Positions 33,060-44,136 of a stretch of DNA of 64,000 nucleotides are shown one piece after another. Source of the DNA: Alphaproteobacteria bacterium (GTDB taxonomy: Bacteria; Pseudomonadota; Alphaproteobacteria; Bin95); NCBI GenBank assembly GCA_964291285.2, contig OZ219787.1, positions 608,001-672,000 of the forward strand. The letters run 5' to 3'. The notes beneath the pieces were generated by a model, which was not told where the DNA came from, did no database searches, and worked only from the letters and a program-made list of their open reading frames with translations. Each line of letters begins with the position of its first letter. The stretch's first letter is position 1. Both the position numbers and the translations under genes were made by a program.

Positions 33060-33169
33060 TATATCTCCCTCCCGTCTTCGCTGAGGACGGTGCAGTAGCT
33101 AACCCGATTCACTGCATCCGTCCAGAGAAACAATACACAATCGGGAACAATATAGAACCCGATTGCATA

Positions 33170-35578
33170 TCAATGCGTAACCATCCCTCCGAAAGTTGCC
33201 CCTTCTACGGCCGGCGGCGGGGTTTCCGCCGCCTCCGGAGGTTGCCAGTCTATCGGCGTCGGGATATCGGTCAGCGCTCGGCCCAGCACTTCGTCGACGG
33301 TCTCTACCGGAACGATCTCGAGGCTGTTCTTCACACTGTCGGGTATCTCCGCGAGGTCCTTCATGTTTTCCTCAGGGATCAACACCGTGGTGATTCCGGC
33401 CCGCAGCGCCGCGAGCAGCTTTTCCTTCAGTCCGCCGATCGGCAGAACCCGGCCGCGCAGCGTGATCTCTCCGGTCATGGCGACATGGCGACGAACCGGG
33501 ATCCCGGTCAACGCCGAAACGATCGACGCGCACATGGCCACGCCTGCCGACGGTCCATCCTTGGGTGTCGCCCCTTCCGGAACATGGACGTGAATATCCC
33601 GGCGGTCGAACTCCGGTGGCGCGATGCCGAACCGCAACATCCGGGACCGAACGAAGCTGCGCGCCGCCTCGACGGATTCCTGCATCACATCGCCAAGCTT
33701 GCCCGTATGCTTCACATTGCCCTTGCCCGGCATGACGACGGCTTCGACCGACAGGATCTCGCCGCCGACTTCCGTCCAGGCGAGCCCCGTCGACACGCCG
33801 ACGAGGTCTTCCAGCTCGGTCTGCCCGAAGCGGAACTTGCGTACGCCCGCATAGGTCTCGAGATTGTCGCTCTCGATCTCGACTGCGCCGGCCTCGCTCG
33901 TCGCCAGCTCCTTCACTGCCTTGCGCTGCAGGTTTGCAAGCTCACGCTCAAGATTCCGGACGCCGGCCTCGCGCGTGTAGTAGCGGATAAGGTCGCGCAG
34001 CGCGCCGTCCGAGATCGTCCACTCTTCACTCTTGAGCCCGTGTGCGGCCAGCTGCTTGTCGATCAGGTGACGGCGGGCGATCTCGACTTTCTCGTCTTCG
34101 GTGTATCCGGGAATGCGGATCACTTCCATGCGGTCGAGCAGGGGCTGCGGCAGCCGGAGCGTATTCGCCGTCGTGATGAACATCACATCCGACAGGTCGT
34201 AGTCCACTTCGAGATAGTGGTCGTTGAAGGTGCCGTTCTGCTCCGGGTCGAGCACTTCCAGAAGCGCCGACGACGGATCGCCGCGCCAGTCGGCGCCCAG
34301 CTTGTCCACCTCGTCCAGCAGGAAGAGCGGGTTGGACGATTTGGCCTTCTTCATGCCCTGGACCACCTTGCCGGGCATGGAGCCGATATAGGTGCGCCGA
34401 TGCCCCCGGATCTCGGCCTCGTCGCGCACCCCGCCGAGCGACATGCGCACGAAATTGCGGCCCGTGGCGCGCGCGATCGACTTGCCCAGCGAGGTCTTGC
34501 CGACACCGGGCGGACCGACCAGGCAGAGGATCGGCCCCTTCACCTTCCGCACGCGGTTCTGGACCGCCAGATATTCGACGATCCGTTCCTTCACCTTTTC
34601 CAGACCGTAATGGTCTTCGTCGAGGATGCGCTCCGCGCCGCGGACATCCCGCTTTATCCTGGTCCGTTTCTTCCAGGGGATCCCCAGCATCCAGTCGAGA
34701 TAGTTGCGCACGACGGTCGCCTCGGCCGACATCGGGCTCATGCTGCGCAGCTTCTTGAGCTCGGCGGTCGCCTTTTCCGCCGCTTCCTTCGAGAGGCGCG
34801 TGTTCTTGATCTTCTCGTCGAGTTCCGAGAGCTCGTCGCGGCCTTCCCCACCGTCGCCCAGCTCCTTCTGGATCGCCTTCATCTGCTCGTTCAGATAGTA
34901 CTCGCGCTGCGTGCGCTCCATCTGCCGCTTGACGCGCGAGCGGACCCGTTTCTCGACCTCGAGCACATCCATCTCGCCTTCCATGCAGGCATAGACGCGC
35001 TCCAGGCGCTCGAAGACCGGTATGGTTTCGAGCAGCTCCTGCTTCTCGGCGATCTTCAGGCTCAGATGTGCCGCAACCGTATCCGCAAGCTTCGAGGGGT
35101 CTTCGATCTGGCCGACCGTGGCGATGACCTCGGGCGGGATCTTCTTGTTGAGCTTCACATAGTTCTCGAAATGCGACACCACCGAGCGGACCAGCGCGGA
35201 CAGTTCCTGCGGGTCCCCATGGGCGCTTTCCGGAATGTCCCGGGCCGCCGTCTCGAAGAACTCGGGCCGCTCGGTATAGGCCAGGATTTCGGCGCGGCTC
35301 TGCCCCTCCACCAACACCTTCACGGCGCCGTCGGGCAGCTTCAGCAGCTGGAGCACGGAGCCCACCGTGCCGATCCGGAAAATATCGTCCGGGCCTGGCT
35401 CGTCGACGGCCGCATCCTTCTGCGTGACCAGCAGGATGTGCTTGTCGTTCTTCATCGTCTCTTCGAGAGCCAGCACGGACTTCTCGCGCCCGACGAAGAG
35501 CGGCACGATCATGTGCGGAAAGACTACGATGTCCCGCAAGGGAAGAACGGGATAGAGATCGCCGCTGGTACTACTCAT
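33170..35578 (-). CDS. lon: ATP-dependent protease La
   Basis: [38 protein letters not shown]. Confidence 0.97.
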   Translation of the reverse strand: MSSTSGDLYPVLPLRDIVVFPHMIVPLFVGREKSVLALEETMKNDKHILLVTQKDAAVDEPGPDDIFRIGTVGSVLQLLKLPDGAVKVLVEGQSRAEILAYTERPEFFETAARDIPESAHGDPQELSALVRSVVSHFENYVKLNKKIPPEVIATVGQIEDPSKLADTVAAHLSLKIAEKQELLETIPVFERLERVYACMEGEMDVLEVEKRVRSRVKRQMERTQREYYLNEQMKAIQKELGDGGEGRDELSELDEKIKNTRLSKEAAEKATAELKKLRSMSPMSAEATVVRNYLDWMLGIPWKKRTRIKRDVRGAERILDEDHYGLEKVKERIVEYLAVQNRVRKVKGPILCLVGPPGVGKTSLGKSIARATGRNFVRMSLGGVRDEAEIRGHRRTYIGSMPGKVVQGMKKAKSSNPLFLLDEVDKLGADWRGDPSSALLEVLDPEQNGTFNDHYLEVDYDLSDVMFITTANTLRLPQPLLDRMEVIRIPGYTEDEKVEIARRHLIDKQLAAHGLKSEEWTISDGALRDLIRYYTREAGVRNLERELANLQRKAVKELATSEAGAVEIESDNLETYAGVRKFRFGQTELEDLVGVSTGLAWTEVGGEILSVEAVVMPGKGNVKHTGKLGDVMQESVEAARSFVRSRMLRFGIAPPEFDRRDIHVHVPEGATPKDGPSAGVAMCASIVSALTGIPVRRHVAMTGEITLRGRVLPIGGLKEKLLAALRAGITTVLIPEENMKDLAEIPDSVKNSLEIVPVETVDEVLGRALTDIPTPIDWQPPEAAETPPPAVEGATFGGMVTH

Positions 35579-35679
35579 GATGCATCCTCGGGAGGCTCTG
35601 TGAGTGGCAAGGCTGCCTCGATGACATCATTTTACAACCGCCTCGCACGGTTCTTATCTGGGAAGGGGCCGCGGCCCGT

Positions 35680-36942
35680 TCAAGCGCCCGCCTTGGTCTC
35701 GTTGCCCCGCTCGACGTAGATCTGCAAGGGTCGCGCCCGCCCCTCCACCACTTCGCGGCTGATGACGATCTCCTCGACCCCCTCCATGCTCGGCAGCTCG
35801 AACATGCTGTCGAGAAGGATGCTCTCCATGATCGCCCGGAGTCCGCGCGCGCCCGTCTTGCGCGAAATCGCCTTGGCGGCGATGCCCTTCAAGGCATCCT
35901 CGGCAAATGTGAGACGCACATCCTCCATGTCGAACAGTCGCTGGTACTGCTTGACGAGGGCGTTCTTCGGCCGGGTGAGGATTTCGATCAGCGCGCCCTC
36001 CTCAAGGTCCTCGAGGGTGGCGATGACCGGCAGCCTGCCCACAAACTCGGGAATGAGACCGAACCGCAGCAGGTCTTCCGGTTCGATACCCTTCAGAACC
36101 TCGCCGGTCTGGCGGTCCTCGGGCGCGCTCACATCGGCACCGAAGCCTATCGACGACCCCCTGCCCCGCTGCGAGATGATCTTTTCCAGCCCTGAAAAGG
36201 CGCCGCCGCAGATGAACAGGATATTCGTCGTGTCCACCTGCAGGAATTCCTGCTGCGGGTGCTTGCGCCCGCCCTGCGGAGGCACTGAGGCGACGGTCCC
36301 CTCCATGATCTTGAGCAGTGCCTGCTGCACGCCTTCGCCGGAGACGTCCCGCGTGATCGACGGGTTGTCCGACTTGCGGGAAATCTTGTCCACCTCGTCG
36401 ATATAGACGATCCCGCGCTGAGCCCGCTCCACATTGTAATCCGCGGCCTGCAACAGGCGCAGAATGATGTTCTCCACATCCTCGCCGACATAGCCGGCTT
36501 CGGTCAGCGTCGTCGCGTCCGCCATGGTGAACGGCACATCGAGAATGCGGGCCAGCGTCTGCGCGAGCAGCGTCTTGCCGCATCCCGTCGGGCCGATCAG
36601 CAGAATATTCGACTTCGCGATCTCGACATCGCCCGCCTTGGCGTTGCTGCCGAGACGCTTGTAGTGATTGTGCACGGCAACGGAGAGGACACGCTTGGCG
36701 CGATCCTGGCCGATAACATAGTCGTCGAGGACCTTGCAGATACGCGCCGGAGTCGGAACACCGTCTCTCGATTTCACGAGGGAACTTCGATTCTCCTCGC
36801 GAATGATGTCCATGCACAGTTCGACGCACTCGTCGCAAATGAACACGGTCGGCCCCGCGATCAGCTTGCGGACCTCGTGTTGACTTTTTCCGCAGAACGA
36901 ACAGTAAAGCGTGTTCTTGGAATCGCCGCTCGATTTGCTCAT
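35680..36942 (-). CDS. clpX: Clp protease ATPase subunit ClpX
   Basis: CSFCGK...CDECVELC Zn finger, [11 protein letters not shown] loop; start refined to ATG 36942. Confidence 0.97.
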   Translation of the reverse strand: MSKSSGDSKNTLYCSFCGKSQHEVRKLIAGPTVFICDECVELCMDIIREENRSSLVKSRDGVPTPARICKVLDDYVIGQDRAKRVLSVAVHNHYKRLGSNAKAGDVEIAKSNILLIGPTGCGKTLLAQTLARILDVPFTMADATTLTEAGYVGEDVENIILRLLQAADYNVERAQRGIVYIDEVDKISRKSDNPSITRDVSGEGVQQALLKIMEGTVASVPPQGGRKHPQQEFLQVDTTNILFICGGAFSGLEKIISQRGRGSSIGFGADVSAPEDRQTGEVLKGIEPEDLLRFGLIPEFVGRLPVIATLEDLEEGALIEILTRPKNALVKQYQRLFDMEDVRLTFAEDALKGIAAKAISRKTGARGLRAIMESILLDSMFELPSMEGVEEIVISREVVEGRARPLQIYVERGNETKAGA

Positions 36943-37063
36943 CTTCGATCCCAACATTCCCCGAAGCGGCAGCCCGAAAGCCGCACCGGCATGTTAGCGG
37001 GGTTTGCCCGCCGGGCCAACGCTTTCCGTATCGACATGGATTGCCGCGCCTGCAGCAGCTTTT

Positions 37064-37696
37064 TCAGGCCGGTTCCTCTTCGCCCGGGATACGGTGTTCG
37101 ACCACCTCGTCCACGATGCCGAATTCCCGGGCTTCCTCCGGGCTCATGAAGCGGTCGCGGTCAAGCGCTTCCTCCACCTTTTCAAGCGATTGGCTGCAGT
37201 GCTTCACATAGATTTCGTTCAGCCGCCCCCGGAGCGCCAGGATCTCGCGCGCATGAATTTCTATGTCGCTGGCCTGGCCGTGAAATCCGCCGGAAGGCTG
37301 ATGCACCATCACCCGCGCATTGGGCAGTGCGTAGCGCTTGCCCGGGGCCCCGGCGGACAGCAGCAGCGACCCCATCGAAGCGGCCTGCCCGATGCACACG
37401 GTCGAGACGTCGCAGCGGATATATTGCATGGTGTCGTAGATCGCGAGGCCGGCCGTCACCGCGCCGCCCGGCGAGTTGATGTAGAACGAGATGTCCTTGC
37501 TGGGATTCTCCGCCTCCAGAAACAGCAACTGCGCCGCAATTAGCGCGCCCACCTGGTCGAAGACCGGCCCCGTCAGAAAGATGATCCTCTCCTTGAGCAG
37601 CCGGGAATAAATGTCATAGGCGCGTTCGCCCCGGTTGGTGCTCTCCACCACCATGGGCACGAGCGTGTTCATATGGACTTCCTTCGGATCGCGCAT
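37064..37696 (-). CDS. clpP: Clp protease proteolytic subunit
   Basis: [34 protein letters not shown]. Confidence 0.97.
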   Translation of the reverse strand: MRDPKEVHMNTLVPMVVESTNRGERAYDIYSRLLKERIIFLTGPVFDQVGALIAAQLLFLEAENPSKDISFYINSPGGAVTAGLAIYDTMQYIRCDVSTVCIGQAASMGSLLLSAGAPGKRYALPNARVMVHQPSGGFHGQASDIEIHAREILALRGRLNEIYVKHCSQSLEKVEEALDRDRFMSPEEAREFGIVDEVVEHRIPGEEEPA

Positions 37697-37705
37697 GGCC
37701 GCCGC

Positions 37706-39058
37706 CTACTCCTCTTCGGAAACGCCTTCGGACGCCGCGATCAACTCCTCGGCGCTCACCTCGCGGGTCGTGACCTGGGCGAGTTCGAGAATGAATTCGA
37801 CCACCTTGTTCTCCAGAATCGGCCCCTCGAACTGCGACAGGGCCGACGGGTTCTTGCGATAGAAGTCCAGTACGACCTGTTCCTGTCCGGGAAACTGCTG
37901 AACCTGCGAAGCCATGGCCCGCTGCAGGTCTTCCTGATTGACCTCGATATTGTTCTGCCGGCCGACTTCGGCAAGCAGCAGGCCGAGGCGGATGCGCCGC
38001 TCCGCGACCTTCCTGTACTCGTCCTTCAGCTCGTCGTCGGTCTTGCCCTCGCGAACCTCTTCCGCGTCGGATTCCTCCAGCCGCTTCTCGATTTCGCCCC
38101 AGATCGACCCGAACTCGGTCTCGACCATGCTCTCGGGCAGGGGGAAGTCGTGCTCCTCCTCCAGCCGGTCGAAGAGCTGCCTTTTGACGACCATGCGGGC
38201 GACCCCGCCATAGTGTCCCTTGATACGGTCGACGACGCTCTGGCGCAGTGCTGCAAGATCGTCGAAACCGACCCGCTTCGCCATCTCGTCGTCCGGATCG
38301 ACGGCCTTCCGCTCCCGGATTTCCTTGATCTCCACCGAAAACACCGCGGCTTTGCCGGCCAGGTGCGCCGCGTTGTACTCCTCCGGGAACTCGACCTCGA
38401 CATCGCGGGACTCGCCGGCGCGGGCGCCGACCAGCTGGTCCTCGAAGCCGGGAATGAACTCACCGGTGCCGAGTTCGATCTCGTAGTCTTCCGCAGCCCC
38501 GCCCGCAAACGCCTCGCCGTCGATCTTGCCTTCGAAGTCGATGGTCAGGGTATCGCCCTGCGCAGCGCCGCGGTCGTCCTCTACAGGCGCCAGCTCGGCG
38601 GTGGCCTTGGCGATGCGCTCGATTTCTTCTTCCACGACCTCGTCGGCGGGCTCGGCTTCAAGGCGCTCGAGTTCCAGGGAAGCGAAGTCGATAGGCTCGA
38701 TGTCCGGCAGCGCCTCGACACTGACGGTGTATTCAAGATCCGCCCCGGCCGGCAGCCCGTTCGCGAGGTCCGAGACCATGTCGATCTGCGGCATGACCGC
38801 CGGCTTCAGGCCCCGTTCTTCTATCGCCTGCTGCGTGCCGCGGTTGATGGTGTCCTCGAGAATCTCCCCCTCGACCGCCCTGCCGAAGCGCTGGCGCAGG
38901 ATCTTCAACGGCGCCTTCCCCGGCCTGAACCCAGGCAGGCGCATGTTCGCGCCGTATTCGGCGAGCTTGTCGTCGATCTTTGAGCGCAGGTCTTCGGCCG
39001 GCACGACAACACGGAAATCGTGCTTCAGCCCATCGGCAAGTGTCTCGGTAATCTGCAT
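37706..39058 (-). CDS. tig: Trigger factor
   Basis: PGFRPGKAP ribosome-binding motif; FIPGFEDQLVG FKBP domain. Confidence 0.96.
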   Translation of the reverse strand: MQITETLADGLKHDFRVVVPAEDLRSKIDDKLAEYGANMRLPGFRPGKAPLKILRQRFGRAVEGEILEDTINRGTQQAIEERGLKPAVMPQIDMVSDLANGLPAGADLEYTVSVEALPDIEPIDFASLELERLEAEPADEVVEEEIERIAKATAELAPVEDDRGAAQGDTLTIDFEGKIDGEAFAGGAAEDYEIELGTGEFIPGFEDQLVGARAGESRDVEVEFPEEYNAAHLAGKAAVFSVEIKEIRERKAVDPDDEMAKRVGFDDLAALRQSVVDRIKGHYGGVARMVVKRQLFDRLEEEHDFPLPESMVETEFGSIWGEIEKRLEESDAEEVREGKTDDELKDEYRKVAERRIRLGLLLAEVGRQNNIEVNQEDLQRAMASQVQQFPGQEQVVLDFYRKNPSALSQFEGPILENKVVEFILELAQVTTREVSAEELIAASEGVSEEE

Positions 39059-39108
39059 ATGAAGGGCTTCAACTGGTTACGGTCGACGGCGCCCGGCCGG
39101 GCGGTCCC

Positions 39109-39194
39109 TGGTGCGGGCGGAGGGACTTGAACCCCCACGGCCGCCGGCCACCGGATCCTAAGTCCGGCGCGTCTACCAATTCCGCCACGCCCGC
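39109..39194 (-). tRNA. tRNA-Leu (TAG)
   Basis: Minus strand GCGGGCGTGGCGGAATTGGTAGACGCGCCGGACT-TAG-GATCCGG, long variable arm, GGTTCAAGTCCCTCCGCCCGCACCA; upstream of tig. Confidence 0.94.
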
Positions 39195-39233
39195 CGGGGA
39201 GGGGCGGAGACTTATATCGAAAAGCCGGCTGGC

Positions 39234-41522
39234 TCAAGAGCGCAGCGAAAGCTTCGCGGCCGCCCCGAGAATGGCATCCGTATCCAGGCCGTGAGCCTGG
39301 TAAAGGTCGGGGATGTCGCCCGACTGGCCGAAATCCGTCGTCCCCAGCGCCTCGACACGATGTCCGGCAACCGAGCCGAGCCACCCGAGCGCGCTCGGGT
39401 GGCCGTCAAGAACGGTCACCAGCCCGCCCTTGCGCGACACCGGACCCAACAGCCGGGCCACGCAACTCCCGTCGCCGCGCGCCAGCCAGTCGTCATGCAA
39501 GCGGTCGATAGAGGTGACCGCCAGCAGGCCCGCTCCGGGGACGTCTTCGCGTACTGCCGCAAGCGCTGCCAGGGCTTCGGGAAGCACCGGCCCCATGGCG
39601 ACGATCGCGAGCTCCGTGCCGTCTGCCGGCGGCTCCAGCCAGTAGCCTCCAGAGATCACAGCTGAAACATCCAGCTCGCGCTCCGGCTGACCGAGCGGCC
39701 GGGTCGAAAGGCGCAGGTAAACCGATCCGCCCTCCCTAGCCTGCATGTGTTCGAAACCCCAATGCATGATTGCGGCGAGCTCGTCCGCGTAAGCCGGTTC
39801 GAATGCAGTCAGACCGGGCTGGGCAATGCCGATGTTCGGCGTGGTGCTGGACTGGTGCGCGCCGCCTTCCGGAGCAAGCGTGATGCCCGAGGGGGTCGCC
39901 ACGACCATGAAGCGCGCGTCCTGGTATGCGGCGTAGTTGAGGGCATCCAACCCCCGGGCGATAAACGGGTCGTAAAGCGTTCCAACCGGAAAGAGGCGCT
40001 CGCCGGTAAGTTCCGCCGAAAGGCCGAGCGCGGCCAAGCAAAGGAACAGGTTGTTCTCCGCTATGCCGAGTTCGACATGCTGGCCGGTCGGACCCTGCCG
40101 CCACCGCTGCGCCGAGACGACATTCTCTTCCCGGAAGACATCCTCCACGACTTCGCGCGCGAATATGCCGCGCCGGTTCACCCAGCCGCCGAGCCCTGTG
40201 GAAACCGTGACATCCGGCGAGGCGGTCACGATACGGTCTGCGAGCGGTCCGCCTTCCCGGGCGATTTCGACCAGAATTCGCCCGAACGCCTCCTGGGTAG
40301 ACATGCGCGCGCCAGCCGGCGCCTCCAGCCGGCCAGGCAGCGCGACCGGCGGCGCTTCCCGGCGGCGGGGTGGACTGCAGAAGAAGGACGAGCCTTCAAT
40401 GGCCGCGTGCAGCCGTTCCGGCGCGATGTCCAGCCCGGCTTCGGGTTCCCACTCCTCGCCCGGCCGGATGCCGACGGATGCCCGGAACGCTTCCATCTGA
40501 TCCGGATTCATGAGTCCGGCGTGGTTGTCCTTGTGGCCCGCGAAAGGCAGGCCGTAGCCCTTGATCGTGTAGGCGATGAAGCAAGTCGGCCGGTCGTCCT
40601 CGACCGCGGCGAACCCTTCGAGCACGGCAGCCATGTCCTGCCCGGCAAGATTGGTCATGAGGCCGTGCAGCTGCTCGTCGTCATGGCGCTTCAGCAGGCT
40701 GCGGATTCCGGCGAGATGGCCGAGGTCGTCCTCCAGCGCCTCTCTCCAAGCTGCCCCACCCTTGTACACGAGGGCCGAGTAGCGGGAGTTCGGGCAATCG
40801 TCGATCCAGCGTTCCAGAGCCTTGCCGTCCCGTTTCCGGAAGGCCGCCTGAAGGCGTTTTCCGTATTTGAGCGTGTGGACCTGCCATCCCATCGCCCGGA
40901 AAATGCCGTCGAAGCGCCGGAACAGGCGGTCGGTGACGACCGAGTCCAGGCTCTGGCGGTTGTAGTCAATGATCCACCACAGATTGCGGACATCATGTTT
41001 CCAGCCTTCGAGCATCGCTTCGAAGATATTGCCCTCGTCGATCTCGGCATCGCCCATTACGGCCACCATCCGTCCGGGCGGGCTGCCGTCCCCCAGCCCT
41101 TTCAGGCGCACATAGTCCTGCATGATGGAGGCGAATGTGGTGATCCCCACCCCGAGCCCGACCGAGCCGGTGGAGAAATCGACGTCGTCGCTGTCCTTGG
41201 TGCGCGAGGGATAGCTTTGTGCGCCGCCGAACGCGCGAAAGCGCTCCAGTTTCTCGCGCGACTGCCGCCCGAGCAGATACTGGATGGCATGATAGACCGG
41301 GCTTGCATGAGGCTTCACCGCCACCCGGTCGCCCAGCTTCAGCGTGTCGAAATAGAGCGCCGTCAAGATCGTCGCGACCGACGCGCTGGACGCCTGGTGC
41401 CCTCCCACCTTCAACCCGTCGCGGCTCTCGCGGAGGTGGTTGGCGTTGTGGATCATCCAGGAAGACAGCCAGAGCACCTTGCGCTCGAGCGCTTCCAGGT
41501 CTGCAAGGCGTTCCGCGTCCAT
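39234..41522 (-). CDS. Transketolase-family / AceE-like pyruvate dehydrogenase E1-type TPP enzyme
   Basis: KVGGHQASSAS, QSYPSRTKD, TPP motif GDAEIDEG...NRQSLD, ELGIAENN, EGGAHQS; start refined to ATG 41522. Confidence 0.85.
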   Translation of the reverse strand: MDAERLADLEALERKVLWLSSWMIHNANHLRESRDGLKVGGHQASSASVATILTALYFDTLKLGDRVAVKPHASPVYHAIQYLLGRQSREKLERFRAFGGAQSYPSRTKDSDDVDFSTGSVGLGVGITTFASIMQDYVRLKGLGDGSPPGRMVAVMGDAEIDEGNIFEAMLEGWKHDVRNLWWIIDYNRQSLDSVVTDRLFRRFDGIFRAMGWQVHTLKYGKRLQAAFRKRDGKALERWIDDCPNSRYSALVYKGGAAWREALEDDLGHLAGIRSLLKRHDDEQLHGLMTNLAGQDMAAVLEGFAAVEDDRPTCFIAYTIKGYGLPFAGHKDNHAGLMNPDQMEAFRASVGIRPGEEWEPEAGLDIAPERLHAAIEGSSFFCSPPRRREAPPVALPGRLEAPAGARMSTQEAFGRILVEIAREGGPLADRIVTASPDVTVSTGLGGWVNRRGIFAREVVEDVFREENVVSAQRWRQGPTGQHVELGIAENNLFLCLAALGLSAELTGERLFPVGTLYDPFIARGLDALNYAAYQDARFMVVATPSGITLAPEGGAHQSSTTPNIGIAQPGLTAFEPAYADELAAIMHWGFEHMQAREGGSVYLRLSTRPLGQPERELDVSAVISGGYWLEPPADGTELAIVAMGPVLPEALAALAAVREDVPGAGLLAVTSIDRLHDDWLARGDGSCVARLLGPVSRKGGLVTVLDGHPSALGWLGSVAGHRVEALGTTDFGQSGDIPDLYQAHGLDTDAILGAAAKLSLRS

Positions 41523-41576
41523 GCTTCTTTTCAAGCGCCTTCCAGACTGGTTCAATCGCTGCCGGGAGGAAACGCC

Positions 41577-42437
41577 ATGACCGTCACCTTCAAGCAACTG
41601 ACCCCGGTGTTCGGCGCCGAAGTCTCGGGCGTCGATATCGCCAAGGGTGTGAGCAACTCCGACTTTGCCGAAATCGCCCGCCTTTTCAACGATTATTCGG
41701 TTCTGGTGTTCAGGGGCCAGCATATAGACGACCGGCAGCAGATCGAATTTTCAAGGCGGTTCGGGCCGCTGGAAGGCACCGTGCGCTCCAATGTCGGCGC
41801 GGGGTCCGAGATTGCGGTCATCTCCAATATCGATCCGGAAACCGACACGATCCTTCCAGTGGAAGACTGGCGCAATGTGTACAACTCCGGCAACGAGATG
41901 TGGCACACGGACAGTTCGTTCAAGCGCGTGCCCGCCACGGCTTCGCTGCTGTCCGGGCGCGAGGTGCCTCCCGAAGAGGGCGAAACCGAATTCGCCACCG
42001 GCCGCGCCGCCTGGGACGATCTGGAGGATGCCCTCAAGGAGGAGCTGGACGGTCTGATCGCCATCCATGACTTTGCTTATTCGCGCGGGTTGATACGCGG
42101 CGACCTTGTGGACGAGGCGCAGCGCAGCGAAACGCCGCCGGTGCCGCAGGCCGTGGTCCGCAGCAACCCGGCCAACGGCCGCCGCAACCTCTACGCCGGC
42201 GCCCATGCGAGCCACATACGCGGCCGCGATGTCGAGGAGAGCCGTGCCCTTATGCGCAGGCTGACCGAGCGCATCGTGCAGGAGCGCTACACCTACGCCC
42301 ACAGCTGGCGGCAGGGCGATCTGGTCATGTGGGATAACCGCTGCTGCCTGCATCGCGGCCGGCCCTGGAACAAGGGGAAATACCGCCGGGTGATGCATCG
42401 CACGACCGTCGCCGGAATCGGACCCACCGCCGCGTGA
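41577..42437 (+). CDS. TauD/TfdA family dioxygenase (TfdA/SdpA-like)
   Basis: GGAGG RBS, ATG 41577 (MTVTFKQLTPVFGAEV); WHTDSSFK, GETEFA, WDNRCCLHRG, MHRTTV. Confidence 0.9.
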   Translation: MTVTFKQLTPVFGAEVSGVDIAKGVSNSDFAEIARLFNDYSVLVFRGQHIDDRQQIEFSRRFGPLEGTVRSNVGAGSEIAVISNIDPETDTILPVEDWRNVYNSGNEMWHTDSSFKRVPATASLLSGREVPPEEGETEFATGRAAWDDLEDALKEELDGLIAIHDFAYSRGLIRGDLVDEAQRSETPPVPQAVVRSNPANGRRNLYAGAHASHIRGRDVEESRALMRRLTERIVQERYTYAHSWRQGDLVMWDNRCCLHRGRPWNKGKYRRVMHRTTVAGIGPTAA

Positions 42438-43606
42438 GAAACGGCTGGGGCGTCGTCGGGGCGACCTTCGTCGTCCTGTTCGTCGGATTCGGAGCTGCCT
42501 ACACCTTCTCGACCTTCTTTCCCTCGCTCGAGCGGGAGTTCGGCGCGACTCGCGCCGAGACGAGCCTGGTCTTTTCGCTGGCGGCGTTTCTCTATTTCGG
42601 CTTCGGGGCGGTCTCGGGGCGGATCGCCGACATCATGGGGCCGCGAGAACTGTGCATTGCCGGCATGGCCGTGGTCGGGGCCGGCCTGCTTGTCGCCGCC
42701 CATGCGACCACGCTCTGGCAGGTGTGCCTCGGATACGGCCTCGGGGTCGGCTTCGGTGTCGGGCTGGCCTATGTGCCGGCGGTCGGCGCGGTCCAGCGAT
42801 GGTTCACCGCGAGGAGGGGCACGGCCTCCGGTTTCGCCGTTGCCGGCATCGGCGTCGGCACGCTTGCCGCCCCCCTCATAGCCGTCGTCCTGATCGAGGC
42901 GGTGGACTGGCGCTTTGCTTATCTGGTGCTGGCGCTCGGCGTGCTGGTGCTGGGCGGCGGCGCGGCGCATTTCGTAACCGCGCCGGAGACCGGACCGGCC
43001 GCCAGTCCCGCCCTACCGGGCTTTACCGTCGGCGATGCGCTGTCCAGCCGCACGTTCTGGATACTCTACGCCGCGACCCTGGTGCTCGCGTTTGGCATCT
43101 TCATTCCGTTCGTGCATGCGGTGCCCCATGCGCTCGACCGGGGGTTTTCGCTGGTCGAGGCGAACGCTCTCGTGCCTCTCGTCGGGGTCGGCAGCACGAT
43201 CGGGCGCTTCGTCCTGGCTCCTGTGGCGGACCGTATCGGACGGAAGCTCTGCCTCTCGCTGCTCTATGCCGGCATGGGGGCGATGCTGGCGGCATGGGTG
43301 CTGGTCGGGCCGTTCTGGCATCTGGCGGCCGTCGCCGGCGTTTTCGGGCTCTGCTATGGCGGCTTCGTCGCGCTGGCGCCGTCCGTGACGGCGGACCTGT
43401 TCGGGCTGCGCTCCGTCGGGGCCATCATCGGGCTGCTCTATTCGAGCGTCGGCATCGGCACGCTGTTCGGCCCGCCGCTGGCCGGCCTCGCCTACGATGA
43501 GCTCGGCAGCTACGAGTGGCCGTTTTTCGCGGTTGCCGTCTGCGCCGTCGCGGCGGCCTGCGCCATCGCCTTCATCCCGCCCGCGGGACGGTCCCGTCCA
43601 AGATGA
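42434..43606 (+). CDS. MFS transporter (OFA/monocarboxylate-like)
   Basis: About 12 hydrophobic segments; GRIADIMGPR and ADRIGRK motif A; WFTARRGTASG; GTG start overlaps the dioxygenase stop. Confidence 0.88.
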   Translation: MRNGWGVVGATFVVLFVGFGAAYTFSTFFPSLEREFGATRAETSLVFSLAAFLYFGFGAVSGRIADIMGPRELCIAGMAVVGAGLLVAAHATTLWQVCLGYGLGVGFGVGLAYVPAVGAVQRWFTARRGTASGFAVAGIGVGTLAAPLIAVVLIEAVDWRFAYLVLALGVLVLGGGAAHFVTAPETGPAASPALPGFTVGDALSSRTFWILYAATLVLAFGIFIPFVHAVPHALDRGFSLVEANALVPLVGVGSTIGRFVLAPVADRIGRKLCLSLLYAGMGAMLAAWVLVGPFWHLAAVAGVFGLCYGGFVALAPSVTADLFGLRSVGAIIGLLYSSVGIGTLFGPPLAGLAYDELGSYEWPFFAVAVCAVAAACAIAFIPPAGRSRPR

Positions 43607-43713
43607 GCCGGTTCGGCCGCTTGCCGGATGCTTCGGCCGCACTATGCTCTTGCCCACGAGGCGCGGGGGGCGTCCGCGCTGATCGACCTTTCGCCTGACG
43701 AAGACAGAAGCCC

Positions 43714-44136
43714 ATGGACATGCGGGAAGCCAAATTCGGGATCGGCCAGGTGGTGCGGCATCGTCGCTACCCGTTCCGGGGCGTGATCTTCGATGTCGAT
43801 CCGACCTTTTCCAACACCGAGGAATGGTGGGAGTCGATCCCGGCGGAGGTGCGCCCGCGCCGCGACCAGCCCTTCTACCACCTGCTCGCGGAGAACGCCG
43901 AGTCGACCTATATCGCCTACGTCTCCGAGCAGAACCTTCTCGAAGACCATTCCGGCCGCCCTTGCCGGCATCCGCAGGTGGACGAGATGTTCGGCGAATA
44001 CGAGGACGGCCAGTCCAGTACACGCCCCTGCCCCACTACAAGAACTGAATTCAACCGGAGTGAGCCGCCATGGCGGAGCCTCTTCTTGCGGGCCTCAAGG
44101 TTCTTGACGTGGCCAGCTTCATCGCCGCGCCGGTAG
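43714..44136 (+). CDS. hspQ: Heat shock protein HspQ with frameshifted C-terminus (likely ancestral stop at 44048)
   Basis: AKFGIGQVVRHR..PFRGVIFDVDP, RPRRDQPFYHLLAEN, AYVSEQNL; CCAGT tandem duplication at 44010-44019 shifts the frame. Confidence 0.88.
   Translation: MDMREAKFGIGQVVRHRRYPFRGVIFDVDPTFSNTEEWWESIPAEVRPRRDQPFYHLLAENAESTYIAYVSEQNLLEDHSGRPCRHPQVDEMFGEYEDGQSSTRPCPTTRTEFNRSEPPWRSLFLRASRFLTWPASSPRR

Noticed and set aside
33138-33165. GAAC-AATATA-GAAC between lon and hupB as a LexA box
   Set aside because: Spacer is 6 nt rather than 7; it lies within a CAATCGGG/CCCGATTG inverted repeat that is better read as a hairpin after lon
33173-35719. Long antisense ORFs (848 aa opposite lon; also 9666..12128, 22536..24503, 47106..49190, 58368..60809 and others)
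   Set aside because: Shadow frames of GC3-biased genes on the other strand; no recognisable motifs
27746-39194. Prophage or ICE integrated at one of the three tRNAs
   Set aside because: No integrase, phage or conjugation genes, and no duplicated tRNA 3' end seen
39747-42437. 896-aa ORF suggesting a large dioxygenase fusion
   Set aside because: The first 610 codons are antisense to the TPP enzyme; the real gene starts at ATG 41577 behind a GGAGG RBS. The same applies to 4378..5922, 18538..19659, 27898..29349 and 60244..61920
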